64,000 nucleotides of DNA, taken from NCBI GenBank assembly GCA_963668675.2, contig CAXXMB010000002.1:2816001-2880000 (forward strand), in the 5' to 3' direction. This DNA comes from an uncultured Desulfatitalea sp. GTDB taxonomy: Bacteria > Desulfobacterota > Desulfobacteria > Desulfobacterales > Desulfosarcinaceae. Numbering within the stretch: the first letter of the stretch is position 1; the number at the start of each line of letters is the position of its first letter. The notes under the pieces are model-generated. The model did not search any database. It saw only the letters and a list, made by a program, of their open reading frames with translations, and had not been told where the DNA came from. This document shows, one piece after another, positions 43,034 to 53,625 of the stretch. The position numbers and the translations under genes were made by a program.

Positions 43034-43085
43034 CCATCTGGGCTGCCTAAATATTAACCTACTGTATTTATAGATAATCATATGT

Positions 43086-43101
43086 TGGCACCAATTGTGC
43101 T
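43086..43101 (+). promoter_or_regulatory. Sigma-54 promoter of the RND operon
   Basis: TGGCACCAATTGTGCT (GG-N10-GC). Confidence 0.75.
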
Positions 43102-43188
43102 TTAAGTAATCATTTTTATCAACATTCACCGGGCTTTAACACATTAAGCGTACATTCGAGTGAAAGCCACCTGTTAAAAGAGGTAGCA

Positions 43189-43479
43189 ATGCAATGGATT
43201 GAAATCATCCACCTGCGTACCTTTAGCAAGGTAAGCAAAAAGAATGCGATACAGCAAGTGCAGGAACTCGCCGATGGTTGCAGACCCGAAAATCTGACTG
43301 AGATAGTGTTGTGGATCCGTTCAGATCTGGATTCAGATATCTGCCTATTGCTTTGCTGGAGAAAGCCAACAAGCTATAGGGCTTATTCCCAAGTCGGTTT
43401 GCAGTTGGCTGAAGACTTAAGTCATTTCGGGTGGGTAAACCACTCACTCTGGCAAAATGCCGGCCACAAGACGGTATGA
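43189..43479 (+). CDS. Small hypothetical protein leading the efflux operon
   Basis: AGAGGT RBS; 96 aa; first gene after the sigma-54 promoter. Confidence 0.7.
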   Translation: MQWIEIIHLRTFSKVSKKNAIQQVQELADGCRPENLTEIVLWIRSDLDSDICLLLCWRKPTSYRAYSQVGLQLAEDLSHFGWVNHSLWQNAGHKTV

Positions 43480-43533
43480 AAAGCACGGCGACGATTAGAC
43501 GATTTAGATGATTCTATTATAAGGAGAGTTCAA

Positions 43534-44757
43534 ATGGAATTGAACAGGCACCAACATGAACCGGTTCGATGCGTGGCCTTTATACTGCTTTTGGCGGCTA
43601 TGATGTGGATAGCTGGTTGCGACGGTCATCGCAATCAAAAAACTGGACCCGGAACTGTTCCGGAGGTCAAAACGGTGACCCTCCGGTCGATACCGGTCGA
43701 GCTGACCACCGAGCTCCCGGGGCGAACAACTGCTTATGGCGTGGCACAAATCCGGCCTCAGGTCAACGGTATAATCCAGAAGCGGCTGTTCAAGGAGGGA
43801 GCAAATGTCAAGGCTGGTCAACTACTTTACCAGATCAATCCGGCACCTTTCCAGGCGGCTTTAAATTCTGCCGAGGCCTCCCTGTCCATGGCCAAAGCCA
43901 ATATCCCGGCCATCCGCTCACGCGCCGAGCGCTATAGGACCCTGCTTGCTCAAAACGCCGTCAGCCATCAGGACTATGACGATGCAGCCGCTGCCATGGA
44001 AAAGGCAAAAGCCCAAATTGACTATTGGAGGGCAGAAGTGGAAAAGGCCTGCATAAACTTGAATTATACCCGGGTGACGGCACCGATCTCTGGGAGAATC
44101 AGTCGATCCAATGTGACCGACGGCGCTTTGGTAACCGCCTATCAGGCTATCGCTCTATCGACCATTCAGCAGCTCGACCCTATTTATGTTGATGTGACCC
44201 AATCAACCTCCGATTTGCTCGACCTGCGGCGCAAACTGGCATCGGGTAAACTCCGCAACGATAATGCAGATGGCCATACGGTGACCATCCGCATGGAGGA
44301 TGGGACGCCATATCCTCTGCATGGCATACTCCAGTTTCGAGACATGACCTCCGTGGATCCTGCCACCGGATCATATATTCTGCGCATCGTGGTACCCAAC
44401 CCCGAGAACCTGCTCCTGCCCAGCATGTTCGTACGGGCCATAATTAAAGAAGGTACGGCCGAAAGGGCCATATTGGTACCCCATGATGGAGTGACCCGCA
44501 ATCCAAAGGGAGAGGCCATCGCCTGGATCGTGGATGAGAAAAGTGTGGTCCAAGAGCGTCAGCTTTCCATTGACCGCGCTATCGGCAACGATTGGCTGAT
44601 CATCGAGGGGCTGTCCGCGGGAGATCGCGTTATTACCGAGGGCCGCTTGAATGTGAAACCCGGAACCGCTGTCAGAATCGCTGAGGTGAATAGGAAACCC
44701 GATACCACCGAAACAAACCCCACCGCCAAACCAAAACCGGTTGAATCGACCAACTAA
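43534..44757 (+). CDS. RND periplasmic adaptor (AcrA/MexA family)
   Basis: Lipobox IAGC, ELPGRT, IRPQVNG, APISGRI, QQLDPIYVD. Confidence 0.95.
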   Translation: MELNRHQHEPVRCVAFILLLAAMMWIAGCDGHRNQKTGPGTVPEVKTVTLRSIPVELTTELPGRTTAYGVAQIRPQVNGIIQKRLFKEGANVKAGQLLYQINPAPFQAALNSAEASLSMAKANIPAIRSRAERYRTLLAQNAVSHQDYDDAAAAMEKAKAQIDYWRAEVEKACINLNYTRVTAPISGRISRSNVTDGALVTAYQAIALSTIQQLDPIYVDVTQSTSDLLDLRRKLASGKLRNDNADGHTVTIRMEDGTPYPLHGILQFRDMTSVDPATGSYILRIVVPNPENLLLPSMFVRAIIKEGTAERAILVPHDGVTRNPKGEAIAWIVDEKSVVQERQLSIDRAIGNDWLIIEGLSAGDRVITEGRLNVKPGTAVRIAEVNRKPDTTETNPTAKPKPVESTN

Positions 44758-44778
44758 CCGAGATTCACGGAGACCATT

Positions 44779-47700
44779 ATGCTATCTAAATTTTTTCTAG
44801 ACCGTCCGGTCTTTGCCTGGGTGATCGCCATTATTATGATGCTGGCTGGCGGTTTGGCCATATATAATCTCCCCATTTCACAATATCCGCCAATCGCGCC
44901 GCCGGCCATCGCCATCGACGCATTTTATCCTGGTGCTTCGGCCGAAACGGTTGAGAACAGCGTGGTCCAAATCATCGAACAAAAAATGACCGGATTTGAC
45001 AAACTATTATACATGAACGCAACCAGCGACTCATCCGGCGCCGGCCGGATCGAACTGACCTTCGCGCCGGGAACCGATCCTGATTTGGCTTGGTCCCAGG
45101 TGCAAAACAAACTGCAACTCGCCATGTCAAGTCTGCCGAACGTAGTGCAACGCCAAGGCGTCAAAGTTAGTAAATCTACTCGGAACTATCTGATTTTAGT
45201 TGGTTTGATATCGGAAGACGGCAGCATGAAAAACTATGATCTGGCAGACTACGCCCAATCCAATATCGAAAAGGTTTTAGCACGCGTTCCAGGTGTTGGT
45301 GAAGTAACCAGCTTCGGCTCCCAATATTCTATGCGTGTATGGCTGAACCCCGACAAATTGATGGATTACCAACTGACCGTGGAGGATGTGATTGCCGGAA
45401 TTCGTGCTTACAACGTTGAAATCTCTGCTGGCCAATTTGGCGGTGTTCCGGCGGTGGAAGGCCAACGTCTGAACACTTCCATCATTGTCCAAAACCTCCT
45501 GAAGACCCCTGAGGAATTCGCAGCCATCCCCTTGCGGACCGCTCAGGATGGTGCAATCGTCCGCGTAGGCGACGTGGCCCGCACAGAATTGGGCACCGAG
45601 CGCTATGAAACCGATTCTCTTTACAACGGCATGCCCTGTGCTGTGCTGGCCGTCCGCCAGACTCCCGGCGCAAATGCCTTGGATACGGCAGACGCGGTAC
45701 GGGCTAAAATGGACGAGCTATCTAACTACTTTCCGGCCGGAATGAAAGTGGTTTACCCTTATGATACCACACCATTCGTCAAGGTGGCTATTGACGAAGT
45801 GGTTAAGACCCTGTTTGAGGCAATCGTGTTGGTCTTTCTGGTCATGTTTCTGTTTCTGGGGAATTTTCGGGCTACCCTAATTCCCACCCTCGCCGTGCCG
45901 GTGGTGATACTGGGGACATTTGCTGTACTGGGATTTTTCGGATACTCGATTAATATGCTGACCATGTTTGCCATGGTGCTGGCTATCGGCCTGCTGGTGG
46001 ATGATGCCATCGTCGTTGTGGAAAATGTTGAACGGGTTATGCATGAAGAAGGGCTTCCTCCGAAGGAGGCAACGCGCAAATCCATGGAAGAGATCACGAG
46101 CGCCCTCGTAGGCATCGGTTTGGTACTCTCCGCAGTGTTCGGTCCCATGGCCTTTTTCGGCGGTTCCACCGGTGTAATATACCGTCAGTTTTCCATCACC
46201 ATTATATCGGCCATGCTGCTGTCAGTCGTAGTTGCATTAATACTGACGCCTGTGCTGTGCGCCTCGTTGCTCAAGCTGCCTTCCGAGCACCAAACCCTGC
46301 TGTCTCGTCGCCTCTATCTCTTGAAATATTTCCATTACCGGTTCAACCATATTTTCGGCTGGGCGAGGGATCGATACATTAGCATCGTCAGAAATATGCT
46401 CGGTCGAAAAGGGCGTTACCTGGTTATTTTTTTGATGATCGTAGTTGGGCTTGGGTTGCTATTTCAGCGTATGCCTACCGCCTATCTTCCTGACGAAGAC
46501 CAAGGTATCATGTTCATCCAAGCCCAACTGCCGGCCGGATCCACCCTGGAGCAAACCAGCGCGATTATGGAGGAGGTCCGCAACTATTTTCTTGAAGATG
46601 AACGGGAAACGGTCAGCTCAATCTTGACCCTGTCCGGACGAAGCTTCGCTGGTTCTGGACAGAGTATGGGACTGGGCTTTGTCCGGCTCAAGGATTGGGA
46701 ACTGCGCCAACGGCCGGATTTGAAAGTGACCACCCTTGCCCGCCGCGCTATGCAGCGCTTCGCTCAAATTCGAAACGCCCGAGTGTTTGCTTTTGCCCCG
46801 CCGGCCATCACTGAATTGGGACACTCGACCGGTTTTGATTTCCAACTACAGGACCGTGGCGGCATCGGTCATGCCAAATTAATGGAAGCGCGCAACCAGT
46901 TACTGGGCATAGCTGCCCAGGATAAACGCCTAACCCGCGTGCGTCCCAACGGCATGGAAGATGTTCCGGAATATAAATTAGACGTTGATTGGGAAAAAGC
47001 TGGGGCGATGGGCGTCCCCATCAGTGAAATCCATGACACGATCTCGGCAGCCTTCGGCAGTGCCTATGTCAATGATTTTATTCAGGGCGGCCGAGTCAAG
47101 AGGGTGTATGTTCAAGCAGATGCGCCCTACCGGATGCTGCCCAAAGATATAAATAGAATCTATGTACGTAACACCACTGGGACAATGACACCATTTTCCG
47201 CCTTCGCCTCCGGATACTGGGACTATGGGTCTCCCCAACTCGAACGATTCAACGCCTTTCCGTCCATGAACATTCTGGGCGAAGCACCCCATGGCCGAAG
47301 CTCCGGCGAAGCTATGGAGGCAATGGTAGAAATCGTTGCCAAGTTGCCGGCTGGCATCGGTTTCGACTGGAGCGGCATCTCTTTTCAGGAGCACATGGCC
47401 AAATCCCAGACCGGCCTATTGTATGCTTTTTCCATGATTGTCATTTTCCTGTGTCTAGCAGCCTTATACGAAAGCTGGACCATTCCCATTTCGATCATGC
47501 TTGCTCTGCCGCTAGGTGTGATCGGCGGCATCATCGCCTCTTCGCTGCGCGGGTTCCCCAATGACGTCTACTTTCAAATAGGGCTCCTAACAGTGCTCGG
47601 TCTGACCACCAAGAACGCTATACTGATTGTTCAATTCGCCATGGTTCGGGTTCAAGAAGGAATGGGGTTGATCGAGGCCACCCTGGAAGGAGCTAAATTA

Positions 47701-47946
47701 CGATTGCGGCCGATCGTCATGACCTCTTTAGCCTTTGGCTTCGGCGTCCTTCCCTTGGCCATTGCCTCCGGGGCCGGTGCGGGTGCCCAGTCCGCCATCG
47801 GCACCAGTGTGCTCGGCGGCATGATCACTGCGACCTTTTTAGCCATATTTTTCATCCCGCTCTTCTATGTAGCTGTGGTGCAGTTGTTCGCAAAAAGAAA
47901 AGTGAACACGGATCAACCAAACGATTCTGTAACGACGATCTCTTAG
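44779..47946 (+). CDS. RND transporter (AcrB/MexB family)
   Basis: FFLDRPVFAWVIAI, GLLVDDAIVVVENVER, KNAILIV, RLRPIVMTS. Confidence 0.97.
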   Translation: MLSKFFLDRPVFAWVIAIIMMLAGGLAIYNLPISQYPPIAPPAIAIDAFYPGASAETVENSVVQIIEQKMTGFDKLLYMNATSDSSGAGRIELTFAPGTDPDLAWSQVQNKLQLAMSSLPNVVQRQGVKVSKSTRNYLILVGLISEDGSMKNYDLADYAQSNIEKVLARVPGVGEVTSFGSQYSMRVWLNPDKLMDYQLTVEDVIAGIRAYNVEISAGQFGGVPAVEGQRLNTSIIVQNLLKTPEEFAAIPLRTAQDGAIVRVGDVARTELGTERYETDSLYNGMPCAVLAVRQTPGANALDTADAVRAKMDELSNYFPAGMKVVYPYDTTPFVKVAIDEVVKTLFEAIVLVFLVMFLFLGNFRATLIPTLAVPVVILGTFAVLGFFGYSINMLTMFAMVLAIGLLVDDAIVVVENVERVMHEEGLPPKEATRKSMEEITSALVGIGLVLSAVFGPMAFFGGSTGVIYRQFSITIISAMLLSVVVALILTPVLCASLLKLPSEHQTLLSRRLYLLKYFHYRFNHIFGWARDRYISIVRNMLGRKGRYLVIFLMIVVGLGLLFQRMPTAYLPDEDQGIMFIQAQLPAGSTLEQTSAIMEEVRNYFLEDERETVSSILTLSGRSFAGSGQSMGLGFVRLKDWELRQRPDLKVTTLARRAMQRFAQIRNARVFAFAPPAITELGHSTGFDFQLQDRGGIGHAKLMEARNQLLGIAAQDKRLTRVRPNGMEDVPEYKLDVDWEKAGAMGVPISEIHDTISAAFGSAYVNDFIQGGRVKRVYVQADAPYRMLPKDINRIYVRNTTGTMTPFSAFASGYWDYGSPQLERFNAFPSMNILGEAPHGRSSGEAMEAMVEIVAKLPAGIGFDWSGISFQEHMAKSQTGLLYAFSMIVIFLCLAALYESWTIPISIMLALPLGVIGGIIASSLRGFPNDVYFQIGLLTVLGLTTKNAILIVQFAMVRVQEGMGLIEATLEGAKLRLRPIVMTSLAFGFGVLPLAIASGAGAGAQSAIGTSVLGGMITATFLAIFFIPLFYVAVVQLFAKRKVNTDQPNDSVTTIS

Positions 47947-47959
47947 AAGGAGCAGTAGT

Positions 47960-49357
47960 ATGACGTGTCGAACGCTTTCATTTTTGGTATTCAGCATAAT
48001 TTGGTTATCCGGCTGTACGCTGGCTCCTGAATATGTACGACCTGAAGCGCCGGTGCCCGAAGCATGGTCGGTAGATACCCAAGGAACCGCGGATGAGGCT
48101 TCCCGTGTATCCGAATTGAATTGGAGTCAATTTTATACCGAAAAGCGTCTCCAGCAGACCATCGCCATAGCGATAGAGAATAATCGCGATTTACGCGTAG
48201 CGTCCCTGAATGTCGAACGGGCGCGAGCCTACTACCGTATTCAGCGCGCCGAGCTGCTGCCAACAATAGGTACCACCGGCAAAGCTTACAAGGAGCGTGT
48301 GCCTGCCGATCTGTCCAGCACCGGCAGCCGAATGACAACAGAAGAGTACCGGGCCGAACTGGGCGCAAGCAATTGGGAGATAGACTTTTTCGGCCGCATC
48401 CGCAGCCTGAGCCAAAGTGCACTTGAGGAGTTTTTCGCTACCCAACAGGCCCGGCTTTCGGCAAAGATACTGCTGGTGTCAGAAACGGCTAAGGCCTATC
48501 TGACCTTGGCCGCGGATCGTGAAAACCTTGAGCTGGCCCGCGAAACACTCACATCCCAGCAGGAGGCCCGCGATCTAATCCGTCTCCGATATGAGGTTGG
48601 CGTTGCGCCCGAACTCGATTTGCGCCAAGTACAAACGCAGGTCGATGCAGCCCGAGTGACTGTTGCCCGGCTTACCGAGGTAGTGGCCCGAGACGTTAAT
48701 GCTCTCAACATGCTCGTTGGAACGTCCGTGCCGACCGAACTTTTACCACAGTCATTGAGCGACCTCACACCGGTGCACAAGCTTTCTCCTAGCACATCGT
48801 CCGCAGTGCTCCTCAATCATCCAGATATTCTCCAGGCCGAAAACTTACTCAAAGCGGCTAATGCCAATATCGGTGCGGCTCGGGCAGCCTTGTTCCCTCG
48901 TATCTCCCTAACCACATCTGTCGGTACTGCCAGCTCTGAACTTAGTGGTCTGTTCGAGTCCGGTTCAGGCGCTTGGATGTTCTCGCCACACATCGCATTA
49001 CCGATTTTCGATCCGCGCGCATGGGTGGCGCTACGGGTCACTAGGGTCGAGCGTGAAATCGCCGTAGCTCAGTATGAAAGGGCTATTCAAGCAGCATTTC
49101 GAGAGGTGGCCGACACCCTGGCGCGAAGAAACATCATAGTGGATCAGATGGATGCGCAAAAATCCCTGGTAGCCTCCACCGAGGTTTCTTACCGGATCTC
49201 CAGCGCTCGGTATAAAAAGGGGATTGATATCTACCTGAACGTGCTGGATGTGCAACGCTCTCTCCACGCCGCTCAGCAGGGGCTGATCACCATCCGTCTG
49301 GCCGATTTGGTTAATCAGGTGCGGCTTTACGCCGTACTGGGGGGAGGCAGCGAATAA
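47960..49357 (+). CDS. Outer membrane efflux lipoprotein (OprM/NodT family)
   Basis: LSGCTLAP, WEIDFFGR, ANANIGAARAALFP, LYAVLGGG. Confidence 0.95.
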   Translation: MTCRTLSFLVFSIIWLSGCTLAPEYVRPEAPVPEAWSVDTQGTADEASRVSELNWSQFYTEKRLQQTIAIAIENNRDLRVASLNVERARAYYRIQRAELLPTIGTTGKAYKERVPADLSSTGSRMTTEEYRAELGASNWEIDFFGRIRSLSQSALEEFFATQQARLSAKILLVSETAKAYLTLAADRENLELARETLTSQQEARDLIRLRYEVGVAPELDLRQVQTQVDAARVTVARLTEVVARDVNALNMLVGTSVPTELLPQSLSDLTPVHKLSPSTSSAVLLNHPDILQAENLLKAANANIGAARAALFPRISLTTSVGTASSELSGLFESGSGAWMFSPHIALPIFDPRAWVALRVTRVEREIAVAQYERAIQAAFREVADTLARRNIIVDQMDAQKSLVASTEVSYRISSARYKKGIDIYLNVLDVQRSLHAAQQGLITIRLADLVNQVRLYAVLGGGSE

Positions 49358-49369
49358 GGGGTTGCAAAA

Positions 49370-49576
49370 ATGGGCAAAGAGAAGAAGAGGTGGTTGGCCT
49401 GGACCGTGCCAGGGCTGATTCTTAGCATTGCGGCGGTATGGGTCTGGCAGAGCTGCGGAGTAGAACGGGGCTATAGTCTGGTCAGCGGCAACGGACACAT
49501 CGAAGCCACCGAGATCGACGTCGCCTCCAAAATCGCTGGCCGCATCGAACACCCATTTCGCCTTTATTGCTCATGA
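49370..49576 (+). pseudogene. N-terminal stub of a second YhiI-like HlyD gene
   Basis: SGNGHIEATEIDVASKIAGRI, paralogous to the 34540 gene, then the similarity stops abruptly. Confidence 0.75.
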
Positions 49577-49707
49577 CAATTTGTACCGCTACGCAGGGCT
49601 TTCAATTGGAACGATGGGGCAAACAAGCGCCAACAGAAGGTGCTTTCACAAACATAGAAACGCAAGGGCCAATACGCTACGTGAGTCTTTAGCAGAAGGA
49701 AACGACG

Positions 49708-50895
49708 GTGCTCAAATTCATAGAACACGTCACTATTCACTTGATGGCGCTGATGCTCATCACTTCCGTCATGGCGGCAGACCTCGTAACAGTCATAAAA
49801 GCGCCACACGGAGAGGTCCACGGGGGTGATACGGTCATTCTGGATCTTTATTTGCACAATCCCTCCGATACATCAATAACCCGTGAACTGCCGCTCTCAC
49901 TCCCTTGCCGGATCGACCTGGGACGAACCAGCGTCACAACACACGCCGACTTGGTCGGACAGGCGACGATGTCCCGAGTGTCAATTCCGTCCGATGGATT
50001 CTTGAAAAGGCAATATACCCTCACCGTTCCTGTTTATGCTCAAAATGTGGTGCAAATCAAACTGGAAAAAATCGGGGCTGACCCCATCTCCTTCGAGGTA
50101 TCCAAAGCGCTGTCGCAAGCGTGGCGTGGACAACAGGTCCCACTCGATTATGGGGAGACACTGGCCCAATCTTTTATAGAGGCCTTCTCCGTTCACAAGC
50201 CCATGTATTTCCTGCTGGGAGTGGATCCCGGCCTGGATCAGAGCAAGTTCCAGTTCAGTTTCAAATACCGACTGTTCAATCCCAGGGGATATCTGACAGA
50301 AAAAGCGCCTTGGTTGACGGGGTTCCACATGGCATATACCCAACGCTCGATCTGGGATCTGGCCGACGACTCCAAACCATTTGACGATACGAGTTATATG
50401 CCGGAACTCTTCTACGAGATAACAAAGATCGACATAAATATGGAACGCATCACCGCCTTCGGCGTCCAGGCTGGGTTCGAGCACGAATCCAACGGCAAAG
50501 GTGGTGAAGAATCCCGCAGCACCAACCGTTTATACTTAAGACCCATTGTGGGTATTCATGTGGTGAATAATATCTATCTAAAAATCGCCCCCCAACTATT
50601 CACCTATGTCAACAATTCCGACAGCACGAACGAAGACTTGATGGATTACAGGGGATATGTCGACCTCGAGGTAGGCATCTTTGACTCAGAGAGCCTAGCA
50701 CTGAGCTCTCATCTGTGGTGGGCCAAGGAGGGCACCAGCGTGCAGCTGGACCTCACTTATCCCATGACGAAGTTGCTGAGCAAGAGCCTGAATCTGTATC
50801 TACACGCGCAATACTTTAACGGGTACGCCGAGACACTTCTTCATTATAACGAACGCCAAAACGCCTTCAGGATGGGATTTTCCATCGTCAGATAA
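49708..50895 (+). CDS. Outer membrane phospholipase A (PldA/OMPLA family) with N-terminal extension
   Basis: KFQFSFK, AYTQRSIW, SKPFDDTSYMPE, catalytic EHESNG...SRSTNR, QYFNGYAETL. Confidence 0.88.
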   Translation: MLKFIEHVTIHLMALMLITSVMAADLVTVIKAPHGEVHGGDTVILDLYLHNPSDTSITRELPLSLPCRIDLGRTSVTTHADLVGQATMSRVSIPSDGFLKRQYTLTVPVYAQNVVQIKLEKIGADPISFEVSKALSQAWRGQQVPLDYGETLAQSFIEAFSVHKPMYFLLGVDPGLDQSKFQFSFKYRLFNPRGYLTEKAPWLTGFHMAYTQRSIWDLADDSKPFDDTSYMPELFYEITKIDINMERITAFGVQAGFEHESNGKGGEESRSTNRLYLRPIVGIHVVNNIYLKIAPQLFTYVNNSDSTNEDLMDYRGYVDLEVGIFDSESLALSSHLWWAKEGTSVQLDLTYPMTKLLSKSLNLYLHAQYFNGYAETLLHYNERQNAFRMGFSIVR

Positions 50896-50940
50896 ACCAA
50901 CGTTGCAGCATGCATCAACAAAAAAAGGGGGGGGTAAACA

Positions 50941-51249
50941 ATGAGTATTCAGAAAAGGTATTTGAAGACAAAACCTGTTTGCAAAGTCACTTTTAAAATC
51001 ACAGAGCAGCAGGCAGATTCAGTCACACGAGCTCATGTGGTGGGAGCGTTCAACAACTGGTCAACCACGGCCACCCCTATGAAACGTTTAAAGGACGGAT
51101 CATTCAGCGCCACGGTGGAACTCAAGACAGGTCGATCCTATCACTTTCGATATTTCTTGGGGCAATCCATTTGGAAAAACGACCCCGATGCGGATGACGA
51201 CGCTCGGACACATTATGGAGACAGTTATAATTCTGTGATCAACCTGTAA
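50941..51249 (+). CDS. Isoamylase early-set/CBM48-like stand-alone domain
   Basis: CKVTF, VVGAFNNW, MKRLKDGSF, YHFRY, WKNDPDAD. Confidence 0.88.
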   Translation: MSIQKRYLKTKPVCKVTFKITEQQADSVTRAHVVGAFNNWSTTATPMKRLKDGSFSATVELKTGRSYHFRYFLGQSIWKNDPDADDDARTHYGDSYNSVINL

Positions 51250-51443
51250 CGTATGCCTTCAGATCACCGCTGTGTTCCGCTGGCGATGGCAAACCCAGGA
51301 GTTCCTTCATTACAATTGGATCCGAACAAGCCACATTCCTATTAAGAACAACAGTGAACGGAGCACTCTTTTGTACATTGAATTTGAAATTTATTCCAAA
51401 ACCTTGGATTTTGTCTTTCTTTATCCTTAGACGGGAAAGGGGC

Positions 51444-51839
51444 ATGATGAAGGGGAATAGACCGCCGGATGATACCGACAAACACCACGGTGAAATCAGA
51501 AGAGATAAAAAGGAGGAAATAATTGTTGAGCGCTCCTCTCTTCGTATTTCTGCTGAGGTGACCATCAAATGTTTTGCACATTCGAGCTGCGGAGTCGTTG
51601 ACCCAGTCGATGGCGTCATGTGCAACTTTTCAAATCAAGGGTGCTGTATTGAAACCTCCTGTGCATTCGAGGCTGGGACTATACTTCTTGTGCGGGTAGA
51701 AAAATACGGGTGCACGCCGTCATCGGTACCCGAGGCGAAGCAACCTCGCTCCATCTGCCTGGCGGAAGTCAAATGGCGACGCAGGATAGTTGAGAAGAAC
51801 GCCATTCGATTCGGTATGGGATTGATATATCTCGAATAA
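51444..51839 (+). CDS. PilZ-like domain protein
   Basis: ERSSLR (RxxxR), NFSNQG, AEVKWRR...FGMG. Confidence 0.6.
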   Translation: MMKGNRPPDDTDKHHGEIRRDKKEEIIVERSSLRISAEVTIKCFAHSSCGVVDPVDGVMCNFSNQGCCIETSCAFEAGTILLVRVEKYGCTPSSVPEAKQPRSICLAEVKWRRRIVEKNAIRFGMGLIYLE

Positions 51840-51855
51840 AAATGGTGCACTGAAC

Positions 51856-53169
51856 ATGTTCGATACGCTAAGCAAAATCAAATATCTGAAGGTGACTGCA
51901 ATCAACAATTGCTGGCACAATTTGATTTCAAACTTTTTTTTGCGGATGATGGTCAGTGGAATCTTACTGTCCGTGGGTTGGGGGACGGCAATCTATGTAT
52001 ATCAATCTCATCAGGTAAAAAAAGAATTGTTCCTTCAATTGGAAAAAGCAAGCCAAAACATCACTGACGGTCAGTTTGTGCCTTTCAACACGATGGATAT
52101 TCAAATATTTGATAGTTTTATCAAGCAATCCAAACGCAGGCTAACAGATTTTCGTATTATAGGGTTGGATATTTACGATACCGACCACCATGGTATTTTC
52201 CACTATGACAGCGGTCCGGAGGCAATTGAATTAATTAAAAACAAGAAGACTGGCCTGAAACCGTCTTCCGTTAGCGATCAAGATACACACTCTTTTTATA
52301 AAATTCATGACGAAATTTACTACCAGATACTCAGTCCCGTCTACGGTGATCAAAAACACCTCGGATCTGTTGGGATGACGGTTATAATTGGCCCCAAAAT
52401 AGTGCGTCAATTTAAAAGAGCACTGATTTTTGCTGTGCTCCACGCAATCGGCACAATATCTACTATGGCACTGATCTTATACCCGCTGATTCATGCTTCA
52501 TACCGCAAACTTCAGCGAAGCAGCCGTGAACTGTTGGAAAGCCATCTTTACACTATTAAGGTTCTTGGAAATGCCATTGCCGAACGGGACAGTGATACCG
52601 ATGAACACAATTATCGAGTCACCTATTTTAGCCTATGCCTGGCCGAACATTTGAATCTGTCAGCACAATCTTTACAGTCCCTTGTCAAGGGGGCATTTCT
52701 TCACGATATAGGAAAAATTGGCATTCGTGACCATATTCTACTAAAACCCACAAAGCTTTCAATCGAAGAGTTTGCGATTATGAAAACCCATGTGGAACAG
52801 GGGGTTAAAATTGTCAATGACATCCCATGGCTAAGGGATTCTAAGGATGTAATCCAATACCATCATGAAAGATATGACGGAAGTGGCTATCCTCTCGGAT
52901 TAGTCGGGGAACAAATACCCATCGTTGCCCGAATTTTTGCAGTAGCGGACGTGTTTGATGCACTAATCTCCAAGAGACCTTACAAACCTGCTGCGTCATA
53001 TGTTGATGCGATTAAAATTCTCAAACAACAATGTAGACAATTTGATCCATTGGTGTTCTTCGGCTTTATTGAGATTTCGGAATCGCTCTTTTGCCATGCC
53101 TCCTCCATGGGGAAAACGGGAATAGAAGTATGCTTGGCAACAAAACTTGCCGATTGTTTTAAATTATGA
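51856..53169 (+). CDS. Membrane-bound HD-GYP c-di-GMP phosphodiesterase
   Basis: Two TMs; HDIGKIG, HHERYDGSGYP, ADVFDAL, RPYK. Confidence 0.92.
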   Translation: MFDTLSKIKYLKVTAINNCWHNLISNFFLRMMVSGILLSVGWGTAIYVYQSHQVKKELFLQLEKASQNITDGQFVPFNTMDIQIFDSFIKQSKRRLTDFRIIGLDIYDTDHHGIFHYDSGPEAIELIKNKKTGLKPSSVSDQDTHSFYKIHDEIYYQILSPVYGDQKHLGSVGMTVIIGPKIVRQFKRALIFAVLHAIGTISTMALILYPLIHASYRKLQRSSRELLESHLYTIKVLGNAIAERDSDTDEHNYRVTYFSLCLAEHLNLSAQSLQSLVKGAFLHDIGKIGIRDHILLKPTKLSIEEFAIMKTHVEQGVKIVNDIPWLRDSKDVIQYHHERYDGSGYPLGLVGEQIPIVARIFAVADVFDALISKRPYKPAASYVDAIKILKQQCRQFDPLVFFGFIEISESLFCHASSMGKTGIEVCLATKLADCFKL

Positions 53170-53296
53170 ACCGAACTTATCTGCTAAAATCGGGAGCTCT
53201 GAAATCGTTAATACCCTTTTCACCTTCTTGTTAAGAGGACCTGAAGCGATCATTTCGGCTTTGCTAACTGACATCCAACGATTTTCCAGGCTCTAA

Positions 53297-53500
53297 CAGG
53301 CCGGTAAAAAACTATTTCTGTTGTTCAATTTTCCCATAAGCTTGATTTTAAGAGGTTTTATAACATCCGCATCAGTTAACAGTAAGCATTTACAAATCAA
53401 TCCGATGATAGGTGTTGCTAAATAACGCCAAGATTTATTCTTTTACATTTCCCTGGAGCATTGCGTTCCAAACATTCATCACCTACGACCGATTTATGAA
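53297..53500 (+). mobile_element. Degenerate IS5/IS1182-like left end and transposase N-terminus
   Basis: CAGGCCGGTAAAAAA end-like sequence; from 53405 MIGVAK*RQDLFFYISLEHCVPNIHHLRPI. Confidence 0.5.
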
Positions 53501-53625
53501 ACAGCTGGATCACAAGCTGCGGTTCCGATGATTTATTGGTTTACCTGACCTGACAATCGATAGACCTACATTTGATAGAAGTTGAATAGGGAAATACAAA
53601 AGACTATAGCCGGAAGGAGATCTCA

